Assembly (NCBI GenBank): GCA_963789395.1
Contig: CAWBKP010000012.1
Coordinates: 160,001 to 224,000, forward strand
DNA from: an uncultured delta proteobacterium
GTDB taxonomy: Bacteria > Desulfobacterota > Desulfobacteria > Desulfobacterales > Desulfatirhabdiaceae
Length of the DNA stretch: 64,000 nucleotides
Reading direction: 5' to 3'
The position numbers and the translations under genes were made by a program. Below, one piece after another: positions 41,966 through 52,505 of this stretch (positions within the stretch are counted from its first letter, which is position 1; every line of letters begins with the position of its first letter). A model generated the notes under the pieces. It did not search any database. It was not told where the DNA came from and saw nothing but the letters and a program-made list of their open reading frames with translations.

Positions 41966-42900
41966 GTTTTATTCCTGCCGACAGTTGCGCCAATAGATCT
42001 TAAGGCCGGAAACAGCCCCTTTGGAAAGAACATCAGAACCGCCATGAGAATGAAGCCATAGACCAGAACATTATATTCCCTGACGCCGTGAAGGACTTCC
42101 GGCAGAAGCGACAACAGGATTGCACCGAAAACCGACCCCCAGATCGACCCCATACCGCCGACCAGAACCATGGTCACGAGCTGGAGCGAAAAAAAGATAC
42201 TGAAAGATCCCGGACTGATAAAAGTAATGTAATGGGCATAAAGGCTCCCGGCCAGGGACGCCATAACAGCGCTAATGACAAATATCTTGACCTTGAAGGT
42301 TTCCGTATCGATACCCGCGCACCGGGCTGCGATTTCGTTGTGGCTGAGCGCGGCCATGGCCCTGCCGGCCCTTGAGCGGATCAGATTCAGGGAAAGAACC
42401 AGAGCACAGTTGGCAGCAGCCCAGAACAGGTAATAGATTTTGCGATCCGAGTCAAAGCTAAATCCCCAGACCTGAAGGCGGGGAATACCGGCAAAGCCTG
42501 AAGGGCCTCCGGTTACAATGCTCAGCTGAATCATGATGATGTAGACGATAACGTTGAACCCGAGGGTCGCCATCACCAGGTAGTGGCCTTCCAGCTTCAG
42601 TGTGGGTATGCCGATAATGTATGCAATGCCTGCCGTAACGGCCATGGCACAAAGGATCGTCGGCCAGGCCGGAAGACCGTATGTCGTGGTAAGAATGGCG
42701 GAGAAATAGGCCCCCAGTCCAAAGAAGGCGCCATGGCCCAGCGATATCTGACCTGCATAACCCATCAGCAGATTCAGCCCGATGACGATTATGACATTCA
42801 GAGCGGCGATATTGAGCGCCATCAGGTAATAATTGTTCTCCAGAGCAAGCGGGATGACGAAAACGACCAGTCCAAAGGCAAGTATGCGCGGATTCTTCAT
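41962..42900 (-). CDS. livM: Branched-chain amino acid ABC transporter permease
   Basis: GLNLLMGYAGQISLGH, YLVMATL, VLVGGMGS. Confidence 0.9.
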   Translation of the reverse strand: MKNPRILAFGLVVFVIPLALENNYYLMALNIAALNVIIVIGLNLLMGYAGQISLGHGAFFGLGAYFSAILTTTYGLPAWPTILCAMAVTAGIAYIIGIPTLKLEGHYLVMATLGFNVIVYIIMIQLSIVTGGPSGFAGIPRLQVWGFSFDSDRKIYYLFWAAANCALVLSLNLIRSRAGRAMAALSHNEIAARCAGIDTETFKVKIFVISAVMASLAGSLYAHYITFISPGSFSIFFSLQLVTMVLVGGMGSIWGSVFGAILLSLLPEVLHGVREYNVLVYGFILMAVLMFFPKGLFPALRSIGATVGRNKT

Positions 42901-43784
42901 CACACCCTTCTCAATGCCCCCTTTCCGAATATCCCGGATGGCTTAAAGAAGAGCACGATCAAAAGGATCACAAAGGCAAGGACATCCTTGTATTCGGAAG
43001 ACACCAGGCCGGCCCCGAGGGATTCCAGCACGCCAAGTATTAACCCTCCGGCTACCGCCCCGATCATGGAACCATAACCGCCTAGAATGGCGGCCGCAAA
43101 CCCTTTCAGCCCCAGCATCACGCCGGCATCATAGGAAATGGTGGTGACGGGCGTCAGAATGATCCCGGCGACCGCACCCAGTGCGCCACTGAGGAAAAAC
43201 GAGAGTGCGATCATCCGGTTGACCGGTATTCCGGCCAGATGGGCAGACCTGCGGCTGGCGGCAACGGCCCGCATGGCCTTTCCCGTGCGGGTCTTGATGA
43301 AAAAAGTGCTCAGGGCCGCCACCACCACCACCGTGATCCCGAAGATCCAGATGCTCTGCGGCATGATGGCTGCTCCGAAAATCAGAATGGGATCCTCTCC
43401 GGAAAAAGGCGGAAGGGTCATGGCGTTCTTTCCCCAGATGGCCATTGACAGGCCCTTGATAAAAATGGAGGCGCCGACGGTAATCATGACCAGATTCAGT
43501 ATTTCCTGGGATCTGGATTGCCGAAGGGTTGTCTTCTCCAGAAGCAAGCCGATGACCGCCACAGCGAAAACGCTTAAAACAAAGGCCGGGGCCATGGGAA
43601 GCTTCAAGTACCCGTAAAACGTGATCATGAACATGCCCCCCAGCATCACGAACTCCCCCTGCGCGAAATTCACAATGCCGGTGGCGTTATGGATGATGGA
43701 AAACCCGATTGCAATCAACGCATACGTGCTTCCGGTAGTCAGCCCCGAGAGGGTGAATTGAAACAGCTTAAGAAGCAGCGGCAT
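42900..43784 (-). CDS. livH: Branched-chain amino acid ABC transporter permease
   Basis: YALIAIG, VNFAQGE, GKAMRAV, KGFAAAILGG, KPSGIFG. Confidence 0.92.
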   Translation of the reverse strand: MPLLLKLFQFTLSGLTTGSTYALIAIGFSIIHNATGIVNFAQGEFVMLGGMFMITFYGYLKLPMAPAFVLSVFAVAVIGLLLEKTTLRQSRSQEILNLVMITVGASIFIKGLSMAIWGKNAMTLPPFSGEDPILIFGAAIMPQSIWIFGITVVVVAALSTFFIKTRTGKAMRAVAASRRSAHLAGIPVNRMIALSFFLSGALGAVAGIILTPVTTISYDAGVMLGLKGFAAAILGGYGSMIGAVAGGLILGVLESLGAGLVSSEYKDVLAFVILLIVLFFKPSGIFGKGALRRV

Positions 43785-43805
43785 GGATACGTCCCACCTG
43801 TTCTG

Positions 43806-44345
43806 CTAAGCCCGAAAACCGGCATTGATGGCTGTTGAAAATTTTTCCAGTTTTGCAGGAGAGCCGGAAATTTGCGCGTTCAGCACAGCCTGAATATCTG
43901 CCAGAGTACAGTACAGGTTTTGGGTGACGGAAAGCCTTGATAGCATGGCCCCCAGCATGATCAGATTGACGGATTTCAGGTTGCCGATATCCCTTGCAAT
44001 AGTATCGGCATCAACGCTGAACACCCGTTCACCAGGCGCATGATGCGGACGGCTGCTGTTGACAATGGCCCAGCCATCGTGTTTGACAAATCCGCCGTGC
44101 TGAGACAGGCTTTCCGGTTTCAATGCCAGAATCCCGTCGGCTGTGAACGGACGGATCAGCGGACTGGAAAAATCGCCGACTTTCAGGTGAGATACCACAG
44201 TGCCTCCCCGCTGGGCCATTCCGTGAGTCTCGGAAGTCAGTACCGGATATCCCTTCTTTATGGCGGCCTCAGCCAGAAGGCGTGTAACAAACAAAACACC
44301 CTGGCCTCCGACGCCGCTGATAATAATCTGCTGTTTAACAGTCAT
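43806..44345 (-). CDS. iorB: Indolepyruvate:ferredoxin oxidoreductase beta subunit
   Basis: GVGGQG, SETHGMAQRGG.V. Confidence 0.9.
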   Translation of the reverse strand: MTVKQQIIISGVGGQGVLFVTRLLAEAAIKKGYPVLTSETHGMAQRGGTVVSHLKVGDFSSPLIRPFTADGILALKPESLSQHGGFVKHDGWAIVNSSRPHHAPGERVFSVDADTIARDIGNLKSVNLIMLGAMLSRLSVTQNLYCTLADIQAVLNAQISGSPAKLEKFSTAINAGFRA

Positions 44346-44360
44346 TGTTAACTCCAGTGG

Positions 44361-46187
44361 CTAATTCTCATTGCCTATGATTTTTATCGCCTTTTTCGGG
44401 CAAACATGCAAGCAGACACCACACCCCGTACACCCGGCAGGATCGATACGAACGGGATAATTCTCCCCCTCTGTGACCAGCGCCGGACATTCGAAATGCT
44501 CAATGCAGTAATGGCAGGCATCGCAATCATCCTGATCAACCTGGACCCGGATAAACGGATGACGGTTTTCCGTTCTGCTGCGATCCAGCAGACAGGGGCG
44601 CCGGGCGATGACCACTGCCGGACCGGATTCCCGGCTGTAGGCAACCGCAGATTTCACCAGGGAGGTAAATTCGGGAACATCATAGGGATCCCCGGTTTTA
44701 CAGAACTGAATGCCGCATCCCTGTACCAGTTTTTCAATCTCAACCGTGATGGTAGGCTCCCCGCCAATTCCCCTGCCGCTGGAAGGGGTGGGCTGATTGC
44801 CGGTCATGGCGGTTGTCCGATTGTCAAGAATCACCAGGACAAAACGGACATTTTGAACCACGGCATCGATCAGCGCCGGAATTCCGGCATGAAAAAACGT
44901 GGAATCACCCAGAGTGGCAACAATATCCGGCCGCTTGGGTTCGGAGCGGAATGCCTGATAAAAACCGGCGGCCTGGCTGATGGCGGCCCCCATGCAGATA
45001 AACGTGTCAACGGCCCCCAGGTTCAGCCCCAATGTATAGCAGCCGATATCGCTCGTGTAAATGCCTCTGGGCGCCGCTTTTTTGATGGCGAAAAAACTGG
45101 CACGGTGCGGACAGCCCGCACAAAGCGTCGGGCGCCTGCCCGGCGCAGCGGCAGGCGGATTGGTCCGGGGAAGCGGTGTTCCGGCAAATTCTGAAACAAT
45201 TGCTTCAATGGTTTCCGGCAGGATTTCACCCACGGATGGGACGGTTCCGGATACCTTCCCCCTGACCTTATGACGGTCGGCGATCTGCATCTCAATGACG
45301 CCGGCGCTCTCTTCGATGACAAGAATTTCCATATAGGTTGATTCAAGATGATCAATAAATTCACGGTGAAGGGGAAAAGGCTGAATGACCTGATACAGGG
45401 GAACGCGATCCCAGAGGCCAAGATCCTTCAATACATCGCGGGTATGGGCGGCCGCCACGCCGGAAACGACAATGGCCTTTGATCCTGAGGCAACCGGATT
45501 GCGGCGCAGCGGAGCAGTGGGCGCATAACGAGCGATATCGGAATTTTTCTGTTCAAGGGACTGGTGCAGCCGTAACCGAAATTTTGGTGTTGCAGCCCAC
45601 CTGGCCGGATTTTTTTTAAAAACAGGCTTGCGCTCCTCCGAAACAACAGGAGAAACAGCCACATCCTGACGCGCATGACAGACCCGCGTGGTTGGCCGGA
45701 TCATGACCGGGATCTCGAATGCTTCGGATAACGCGTACCCCATAGCGATCATGTCTTTGGCCTGGGCCGGAGAATCGGGATCAAGGACCGGAATCTTGGC
45801 CATCATGGCCATCATCCGGCTGTCCTGCTCGGTCTGTGAAGAATGCGGTCCCGGGTCATCAGCGCAGATGATCAGAAAGCCGCCCACGGTTCCCATGTAG
45901 GCTGCGCTCATCAGCGGGTCCGAGGCAACGTTCAACCCCACCTGCTTCATGCTGACCATGGACCTGAGTCCGGCAATGCCGGCCGTGTAGGCGATTTCAA
46001 AAGCCACTTTTTCATTGATGGACCACTGGGCGTGAAGCCGGGTATGTTCAGCCTGCTGCCATTCCACAAGGGCGGGCAGAATTTCGGAAGCCGGTGTGCC
46101 GGGATAGGACGTGGCAAGGGCACAGCCGTTTTCAATCAGGCCTCGAGAAATGGCCTGGTTGCCAAGCATCAAGATACGGTTTTGCAT
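44361..46187 (-). CDS. iorA: Indolepyruvate:ferredoxin oxidoreductase alpha subunit
   Basis: YPGTPASE, NEKVA, MKQVGLNV, CAGCPHR, GDSTFFH, C-terminal 2x[4Fe-4S]; RBS GAGGAG before ATG 46187. Confidence 0.93.
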   Translation of the reverse strand: MQNRILMLGNQAISRGLIENGCALATSYPGTPASEILPALVEWQQAEHTRLHAQWSINEKVAFEIAYTAGIAGLRSMVSMKQVGLNVASDPLMSAAYMGTVGGFLIICADDPGPHSSQTEQDSRMMAMMAKIPVLDPDSPAQAKDMIAMGYALSEAFEIPVMIRPTTRVCHARQDVAVSPVVSEERKPVFKKNPARWAATPKFRLRLHQSLEQKNSDIARYAPTAPLRRNPVASGSKAIVVSGVAAAHTRDVLKDLGLWDRVPLYQVIQPFPLHREFIDHLESTYMEILVIEESAGVIEMQIADRHKVRGKVSGTVPSVGEILPETIEAIVSEFAGTPLPRTNPPAAAPGRRPTLCAGCPHRASFFAIKKAAPRGIYTSDIGCYTLGLNLGAVDTFICMGAAISQAAGFYQAFRSEPKRPDIVATLGDSTFFHAGIPALIDAVVQNVRFVLVILDNRTTAMTGNQPTPSSGRGIGGEPTITVEIEKLVQGCGIQFCKTGDPYDVPEFTSLVKSAVAYSRESGPAVVIARRPCLLDRSRTENRHPFIRVQVDQDDCDACHYCIEHFECPALVTEGENYPVRIDPAGCTGCGVCLHVCPKKAIKIIGNEN

Positions 46188-46199
46188 TCGCTTCTCCTC

Positions 46200-46233
46200 A
46201 AAAAAAAGCCAGGCTTTCAGAAGAAGGCCTGGC
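46200..46233 (-). terminator. Intrinsic terminator directly upstream of the iorA RBS
   Basis: Minus strand GCCAGGC...GCCTGGC stem followed by 8 T, then GAGGAG. Confidence 0.7.
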
Positions 46234-46320
46234 AAATATGATTATTCAGAACACCCAAAAGCAGCATCTCCATCAACCCGTTCGGGTGCTGAGAGGGATT
46301 ACAGCTTCAAGTCAAATTCC

Positions 46321-46545
46321 CTAACCAAGATCGGGAGGTTTGTCAACAGCCATTTTCCCTTTCCTGAAACCGAAAATCAGATAAATGATAAAGCCGACAA
46401 ACGGAATGGCGGCAATCATCATCCAAAGGACTTTTTTCCGTAAACTGCCGAATTCCTTCTGGGACGCATTGATTACCGCCCAGAGCGTTGCCAGGAGAAA
46501 TGGAACGCTGAGTCCCAGAATAATCTTGATAGTGTGAAAATCCAT
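46321..46545 (-). CDS. Small membrane protein (PLDc_N-like)
   Basis: Two hydrophobic segments; K.LW...IPFVG.IIYLIFG. Confidence 0.75.
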   Translation of the reverse strand: MDFHTIKIILGLSVPFLLATLWAVINASQKEFGSLRKKVLWMMIAAIPFVGFIIYLIFGFRKGKMAVDKPPDLG

Positions 46546-46546
46546 T

Positions 46547-47443
46547 TCAGCCTTTTAATTGATCGGCAATTTTCAATATCGTTGTCACGTAAACCTTGCT
46601 GTGGTTGTATTGGTACACCACGTTAAAGGCGGCTTCATCGCTTATGCCGGGTTTCCATCCGAAGTTTTTAAGATAATTGGCAATGCTCATGATGGCATCT
46701 GTGGGGTTGAACAGATCGATTCTGCCATCGTTATTACCGTCCCGGCCGTAAGCCAAAATGTTGCTGGGCATGAACTGGGAAATGCCCATGGCTCCGGCAT
46801 AGGAACCATGTATTGTTGTGGGATCAATTTTTTCCCTGCTTGTATATTTCAAGAATGCTTTCAGCTCCTGATAGGCCCATGAGGATTTGGCATTGGCCTT
46901 TTCTTCAAACGAAGTTCTGCTTGGCCTGCGATCCTCTTGAATACTGTTCCACACGATCTCCCGAAGTGCTGACTCTCTCATGGCAGCCAGGGACGAAAGG
47001 GTGTTCAATATGGAGCTTGTGCCCAGATAGGTCCCCAGCCGGGTTTCAACCAGCATGATAGCGGTAATCACTTCCTTGTTGACGCCGTAGGTATCTTCAG
47101 CGGCTTTCAGTTCCGAAAGATGATCCTGAATGTATTTTCTGGCTTTTTGAAGGGATTCCGGGGACAAAAACTGATCATAATTCACCCTGGCCTCGCTGTG
47201 CATGAAAAACAGTGACACGGTACGGGTTTCAAAATGAACATCCGGTTGCTGGAAAAGGGTTTTCAGCATGGCTGGGTCAAACCCTTCTCCGGCCAGCCTT
47301 GCCTGAAGGGACGTAAACGGAGCAGTGTTTTCTTGGGATGATGCCGGAAGCACCGATGCCATCCAGAAGCTGAAAAAATACAGCAATATGCTTGTGCAGG
47401 ATCGAAATTGAAATAAAAAACGGCGAATTGTCAAAATCGTCAT
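46547..47443 (-). CDS. mltB: Lytic murein transglycosylase B family
   Basis: VETRLG, GSYAGAMGISQFMPS, DGNNDGRIDL, SIANYL..FGW, YNHS..YV. Confidence 0.9.
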   Translation of the reverse strand: MTILTIRRFLFQFRSCTSILLYFFSFWMASVLPASSQENTAPFTSLQARLAGEGFDPAMLKTLFQQPDVHFETRTVSLFFMHSEARVNYDQFLSPESLQKARKYIQDHLSELKAAEDTYGVNKEVITAIMLVETRLGTYLGTSSILNTLSSLAAMRESALREIVWNSIQEDRRPSRTSFEEKANAKSSWAYQELKAFLKYTSREKIDPTTIHGSYAGAMGISQFMPSNILAYGRDGNNDGRIDLFNPTDAIMSIANYLKNFGWKPGISDEAAFNVVYQYNHSKVYVTTILKIADQLKG

Positions 47444-47655
47444 TCCTTAATTTACAGTAACTTCTAAAATTATAAAATATATCCTTCTTTGAAAAAAAGG
47501 ATATTCCAGTCGAATTGTTTAATAATCCCTACTCCCCCCTTCTGGCGAATGAAGGAAATATACCGATGCGATCCGCTATGATGACATAGACTGGTTGCTT
47601 TATACCATATTTCAGCAAAAAGAATCCAGCATCATTATCGCTTTACATATAGTTC

Positions 47656-47683
47656 TTGATATTGCGATTCAGAATTGTATAAT
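47656..47683 (+). promoter_or_regulatory. Candidate sigma-70 promoter
   Basis: TTGATA-16 nt-TATAAT. Confidence 0.45.
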
Positions 47684-47725
47684 ATGGTTTTAAAATGTAT
47701 ATTTTCAACAGACAAAACTCTCGGC

Positions 47726-48133
47726 ATGAGCTTAGAGGTTTTACATTTGATATCAACCGGTTTTGAAAAAATTATTGAGGAGCGCATTCTTCAGGCTCAG
47801 CGCCGCGGGGATTTTGACAATCTTCCGGGTTCCGGCAAGCCGCTTGAAATTGAAGACGACCGTCATATCCCCGAAGATCTGAGACTGGCTTATAAAATTC
47901 TGAAAAATGCCGGCTGCATTCCGCAGGAAATCGAACTGAAAAAAGAGATTCACCAGACCCGGGATCTGCTGGCGGCCATGGAAGACACAGCTCAAAAATA
48001 TCAAACCTTGACGCGATTGAATTATCTGATCTTTAAACTTAATTGCATGCGGAAAACTTCCGTTGAGATGGAAATGCCTCAACATTATGCCGCAAAACTG
48101 GCGATCCGTATGGACCCAAAATCTTCAATTTGA
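47726..48133 (+). CDS. DUF1992 family protein
   Basis: EERI..A..RGDFDNLPG.GKPL, LRLAYKILKNAG; start uncertain. Confidence 0.85.
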   Translation: MSLEVLHLISTGFEKIIEERILQAQRRGDFDNLPGSGKPLEIEDDRHIPEDLRLAYKILKNAGCIPQEIELKKEIHQTRDLLAAMEDTAQKYQTLTRLNYLIFKLNCMRKTSVEMEMPQHYAAKLAIRMDPKSSI

Positions 48134-48148
48134 TTTCAATTATCCATT

Positions 48149-48631
48149 ATGATGAATAAATACAAACAAAACGACGGCGTTTTCAAAAGTGTTTTGATGG
48201 CCTATTCGGTTCTGGTGCTGCATGTACTTCTGATTGCCGGGCTTGGCCTTCTGGTTCTTTTTTTCCGGGGAGTCATTCAGTACATGGTCTGGATATTTCT
48301 GGGCGGAACAGCTGCTATCGCCGTATCCGGGTATCGCTTTTACAACCGGATGAAGCAGGAAGGCAAAACCCTCCGGGAAATGGTGAATTCTCCCCTTTTT
48401 CACGGCAGAGCGGTTGAAGTCAGCATTCTGGGCGGCATGGCATCATTTAAAATCGGCAAAGACAGCAGCCCACTCGCCCTGCCAGACACAACCTGTAACA
48501 CTTCAAATCTTCTGGAAGATCCGGCCTCAGCGAGAATTCGCGAACTTTCCGAACTGGTACGCCTGTTTGAAAGCGATTTGATTACCCTGGAAGAATTCAA
48601 CAGTGTCAAGCGCCAGCTCTTTCGTTCATGA
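48149..48631 (+). CDS. Membrane protein with C-terminal SHOCT-like motif
   Basis: Two transmembrane segments; C-terminal LITLEEFNSVKRQL. Confidence 0.7.
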   Translation: MMNKYKQNDGVFKSVLMAYSVLVLHVLLIAGLGLLVLFFRGVIQYMVWIFLGGTAAIAVSGYRFYNRMKQEGKTLREMVNSPLFHGRAVEVSILGGMASFKIGKDSSPLALPDTTCNTSNLLEDPASARIRELSELVRLFESDLITLEEFNSVKRQLFRS

Positions 48632-48641
48632 AGGATATTCG

Positions 48642-49589
48642 ATGACGACACCACTCACTGTTGCATTGCTTTCCGGCGGCATTTCCTCAGAGCGAGAGGT
48701 CTCGCTTAAAAGCGGGGACCAGGTTTACGCTGCCCTGGACAAGGACAAATACCGGGTAATCCGGTACGACCCGAAGACAGACCTCAGCCGTCTGGTTGCC
48801 GACGCATCGTCCATTGATGTGGCGCTGATCATTCTTCACGGTCCGTTTGGCGAAGACGGTACTGTTCAGGGCCTGCTGGAACTTCTGGGTATTCCCTATC
48901 AGGGGTCAGGGGTCCTGGGAAGCGCCATCGCCATGGACAAACTGGTTTCAAAACAGCTTTATGAAAGATCCGGGATCCCGACCCCCGCCTATATCACGAT
49001 TCACCGTAAGGACACGCAAAAGGCTGAAACCTGTCTGAAGCACATTGGTCTCCCCCTTGTACTCAAACCTGCCAAGGGCGGATCCAGTATCGGCATGGCC
49101 ATCGTGAAAACTCGGGACAAACTGGAACCCGCGATTCAGGAAGCCTTCCGCCATGACGATACCCTCGTTGTTGAGACCTATATTCACGGAACAGAGCTGA
49201 CGGTCGGGGTTATCGGCAATCGGGACTTAAACGCGCTGCCTGTCATTGAAATCATTCCCGACTCCCAGTATGAATTTTTCGACTACCATGCCAAATACCT
49301 GCCTGGCGCCAGCCGGGAAATCTGTCCGGCCCGAATTGATGAGGCGCTCACTGAAAAAGCACAGGCCTATGCCAAAATGGCTCACCGGGCGCTTTTCTGT
49401 GAAGGATACAGCCGCACGGACATGATGCTGACAGACCGGGAACTTTTTATTCTTGAAACCAACACAATTCCGGGAATGACCGAAACCAGCCTGCTGCCAC
49501 GTGCTGCAAAAACCGCCGGCATCCCCTTTTCAAGGCTCCTGGATATTTTGATTGAACTGGGAATTGAAAACAAATCCAAGCGATCATAA
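48642..49589 (+). CDS. ddl: D-alanine--D-alanine ligase
   Basis: GG.SSEREVSL.SG, LHGPFGEDG, GSSIG, DYHAKY, ETNTIPGMT..SL. Confidence 0.95.
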   Translation: MTTPLTVALLSGGISSEREVSLKSGDQVYAALDKDKYRVIRYDPKTDLSRLVADASSIDVALIILHGPFGEDGTVQGLLELLGIPYQGSGVLGSAIAMDKLVSKQLYERSGIPTPAYITIHRKDTQKAETCLKHIGLPLVLKPAKGGSSIGMAIVKTRDKLEPAIQEAFRHDDTLVVETYIHGTELTVGVIGNRDLNALPVIEIIPDSQYEFFDYHAKYLPGASREICPARIDEALTEKAQAYAKMAHRALFCEGYSRTDMMLTDRELFILETNTIPGMTETSLLPRAAKTAGIPFSRLLDILIELGIENKSKRS

Positions 49590-49793
49590 CCCCGATTTTA
49601 GGCTTTCAGAAAAAGCTTTCGGGTGTGCTATTGCTCCGGGATGAACGCATAAATTACTATCCCCTCCCTGCTGCCTTCCCAAAAACATTTTGTGAAAGGT
49701 GACATCCTGTTTCTTTTGCCTGAAACCCCTGTATTTTTCCCATCAAATCCGCTATAAGGTCACAAGGATCCCTGATCTTTGTGAGAGGAAGAT

Positions 49794-52460
49794 GTGAATT
49801 TGTCCCTGAAAAATGATCTGACCATCATTACCACCCATCTGAATGCGGACTTTGATGCCGTAGCTTCCATGCTGGCTGCTCAGAAACTTTATCCTGAAGC
49901 TCTGGTGGTGTTTCCAGGCTCACAGGAAAAAAACCTGAGAAATTTCTTCATCAGTTCCATGGTTTATCTTTTTAACATGGAAGATATGAAGCACATAGAC
50001 TTTTCCCGCATTAAAAAGCTGATACTGGTGGATACCCGTCAGCCTGGCCGCATCGGGAAATTTTCATCTGTCATCGAACGGCCGGATGTCGAAATTCATA
50101 TCTACGATCACCATCCGGTAATGCCCACCGATATCAAGGCCCACTACGAAGTCAATCGTTTGACCGGCGCAACCGTAACCATATTAACCGATATCCTTAA
50201 AGAAAAAGAGATTGATATCTCGCCGGATGAAGCCACCATCCTGTGTCTGGGAATTTATGAAGACACCGGCTCGTTTACGTTTCCTTCAACAACCGAGCAG
50301 GATTTTACCGCAGCCGCTTTTCTGCTGTCCAAAGGGGCCAATCTCAATACCATTTCATCCATGATCGCCCGTGAAATCAGCCCCGAGCAGATCAGCCTGT
50401 TAAACGACATGATCCAGTCTGCAACCCATCATGTGATAAACGGTATCGACATTGTTCTGACCAACATCATCAGCGACAATTACATACCGGATTTTGCCGT
50501 ACTGGTTCACAAATTCATTAAAATGGAGAACCTGAACGCCATTTTCGCTCTTGCCGCCATGGAGAACAAGGTGCATGTGGTGGCGCGAAGCCGGATCCCC
50601 GAAGTCGATGTGGGAACCATTGTCACGCTTCTGGGCGGCGGCGGCCACAGTTACGCCGCATCCGCAACCTTGAAGGAGCAGACCCTGACGCAGGTGGAGC
50701 ATCGCCTTCTGGAAATTCTTTACAGCAAGGTGCGGGCCAGGCGCAAGGCCAGGGATATCATGTCCTCACCGCCCATTACCGTTGGCGCGGACGTGTCCTG
50801 CAAGGAGGCCGCCAATTTTCTGACCCGCTATAACATCAATGCACTGGTGGTTACGGAAACCCCGGATCGAAAAGATGAACTCCTCGGTTTTATTTCCCGT
50901 CAGGTCATTGAAAAAGCCCTATTCCACCAACTGGATGAAGTTCCGGTCCGCGACTACATGACAACGGATATGGCATGGGTCGCACCGGATGCGGACATGC
51001 CGGAGATACAGCAGAAAATCATCGAAAACAAGCAGCGGGTGCTGCCGGTCGTGGATCAGGATGTCATCATCGGCGTGATCACGCGAACCGACCTTTTAAA
51101 CATTCTGGCCCGTCAAACTCAGAACAATTCCGAAAACCAGTTCGAGCCCGGTAAAGACATCGCCCATGCCCGAACCCGAAACATCCTCAATTTCATGAAC
51201 GAAAGGCTGTCCGACCGGGTGATGGATCTGTTGAAAACCATCGGCACAGTTGCCAGTCAACTGGGTGCCGGTGCGTATGTGGTCGGCGGCTTTGTCAGGG
51301 ATCTGTTCCTGTATCGACCGAACGACGACATGGATATCGTGATTGAAGGTGATGGCATTGCCTTTGCCAAAGAATATGCCGCACGCTACCAGGCCCGTGT
51401 CCATACTCACGCCAGTTTTGGAACCGCCGTTATTACGCTTTCCGATGGATTCAAGATCGATGTGGCCTCCGCGCGCATGGAATATTACAAATTTCCAACC
51501 GCCATGCCCATTGTCGAAATGAGTTCCATCAAGCTGGATCTTTTCCGCAGGGACTTTACCATCAACACCCTGTCGATCCAGTTGAATCCGGAGCGATTCG
51601 GCGTCCTGATTGACTTTTTTTCCGCCCAGAAAGATCTCAAGGAAAAAAGCATCCGGGTGCTTCACAACCTGAGTTTTGTGGAAGATCCAACCCGGGCGTT
51701 TCGCGCCATAAAATTTGAACAACGATTCGGATTCACCATCGGAAAGCTGACAAGCGGCCTGATTGACAATGCCGTAAAAATGGACTTGTTCTCGCGGCTG
51801 ATCGGACGCAGAATTTTCAGCGAGATCAAGCAGATCCTTGAAGAAGAAAACCCGGTTCCGGCCGTTACGAGGTTGGATGATTTTCAGCTGCTAAAAGTTA
51901 TCCACCCGTCTCTTCAACTTTCCGTAGATATGATTGCGCTGTTGAATGCCGTAAAAAAAGTCATTTCCTGGCATGATTTGCTTTTTCTTGAAGAATCCTA
52001 TATGAAATGGCCGGTTTATTTTCTGGCCATCATTCGCGACACAGACGTCAAAATTACAGAGGATATCTGCTTGCGTCTGGAGCTGGCGCCCCGGCCTTGC
52101 GCCCTGCTATGCAAGGACCGGTTTGCCGCGGAGCGCTCTCTGTTCTGGCTGGAGCGAAATACGACCATCCCAAACCACGTGTTGTGCGAAAAGCTGTCCG
52201 AATTTAAAACCGAGTTGATTCTGTTTATGATGGCTGCTACCCGTCATGAACGGGTGAAACGGGCGATTTCCAATTATTGCGTCACACTTCGCTATATCCA
52301 GCCCGAAATATCCGGAAAAGATCTACTGGAAATGGGCGTTGCGCCCGGACCCATATATAAGGAAATCCTAAAATCCCTTCGCGACGAAAAGGTGAACGGT
52401 TTTCTGAAAACAAAAGAAGATGAGATGGAGCATGTAAAAAAAAGGCTGAAAGCCGAATAA
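49794..52460 (+). CDS. DHH/CBS-domain tRNA nucleotidyltransferase (A-adding type)
   Basis: DFD and DHH motifs, CBS pair, VGGFVRD..D.DIV, DLFRRDFTIN, EDPTR. Confidence 0.88.
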   Translation: MNLSLKNDLTIITTHLNADFDAVASMLAAQKLYPEALVVFPGSQEKNLRNFFISSMVYLFNMEDMKHIDFSRIKKLILVDTRQPGRIGKFSSVIERPDVEIHIYDHHPVMPTDIKAHYEVNRLTGATVTILTDILKEKEIDISPDEATILCLGIYEDTGSFTFPSTTEQDFTAAAFLLSKGANLNTISSMIAREISPEQISLLNDMIQSATHHVINGIDIVLTNIISDNYIPDFAVLVHKFIKMENLNAIFALAAMENKVHVVARSRIPEVDVGTIVTLLGGGGHSYAASATLKEQTLTQVEHRLLEILYSKVRARRKARDIMSSPPITVGADVSCKEAANFLTRYNINALVVTETPDRKDELLGFISRQVIEKALFHQLDEVPVRDYMTTDMAWVAPDADMPEIQQKIIENKQRVLPVVDQDVIIGVITRTDLLNILARQTQNNSENQFEPGKDIAHARTRNILNFMNERLSDRVMDLLKTIGTVASQLGAGAYVVGGFVRDLFLYRPNDDMDIVIEGDGIAFAKEYAARYQARVHTHASFGTAVITLSDGFKIDVASARMEYYKFPTAMPIVEMSSIKLDLFRRDFTINTLSIQLNPERFGVLIDFFSAQKDLKEKSIRVLHNLSFVEDPTRAFRAIKFEQRFGFTIGKLTSGLIDNAVKMDLFSRLIGRRIFSEIKQILEEENPVPAVTRLDDFQLLKVIHPSLQLSVDMIALLNAVKKVISWHDLLFLEESYMKWPVYFLAIIRDTDVKITEDICLRLELAPRPCALLCKDRFAAERSLFWLERNTTIPNHVLCEKLSEFKTELILFMMAATRHERVKRAISNYCVTLRYIQPEISGKDLLEMGVAPGPIYKEILKSLRDEKVNGFLKTKEDEMEHVKKRLKAE

Positions 52461-52505
52461 CGATTTCCTACATTTATATTATTTTCATCAACACAGGAGT
52501 TTTTC

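Noticed and set aside
46283..46300. GCTGAGA motif as a TPP riboswitch for iorA
   Set aside because: It is on the wrong strand for iorA and lacks the CTGAT and other core motifs
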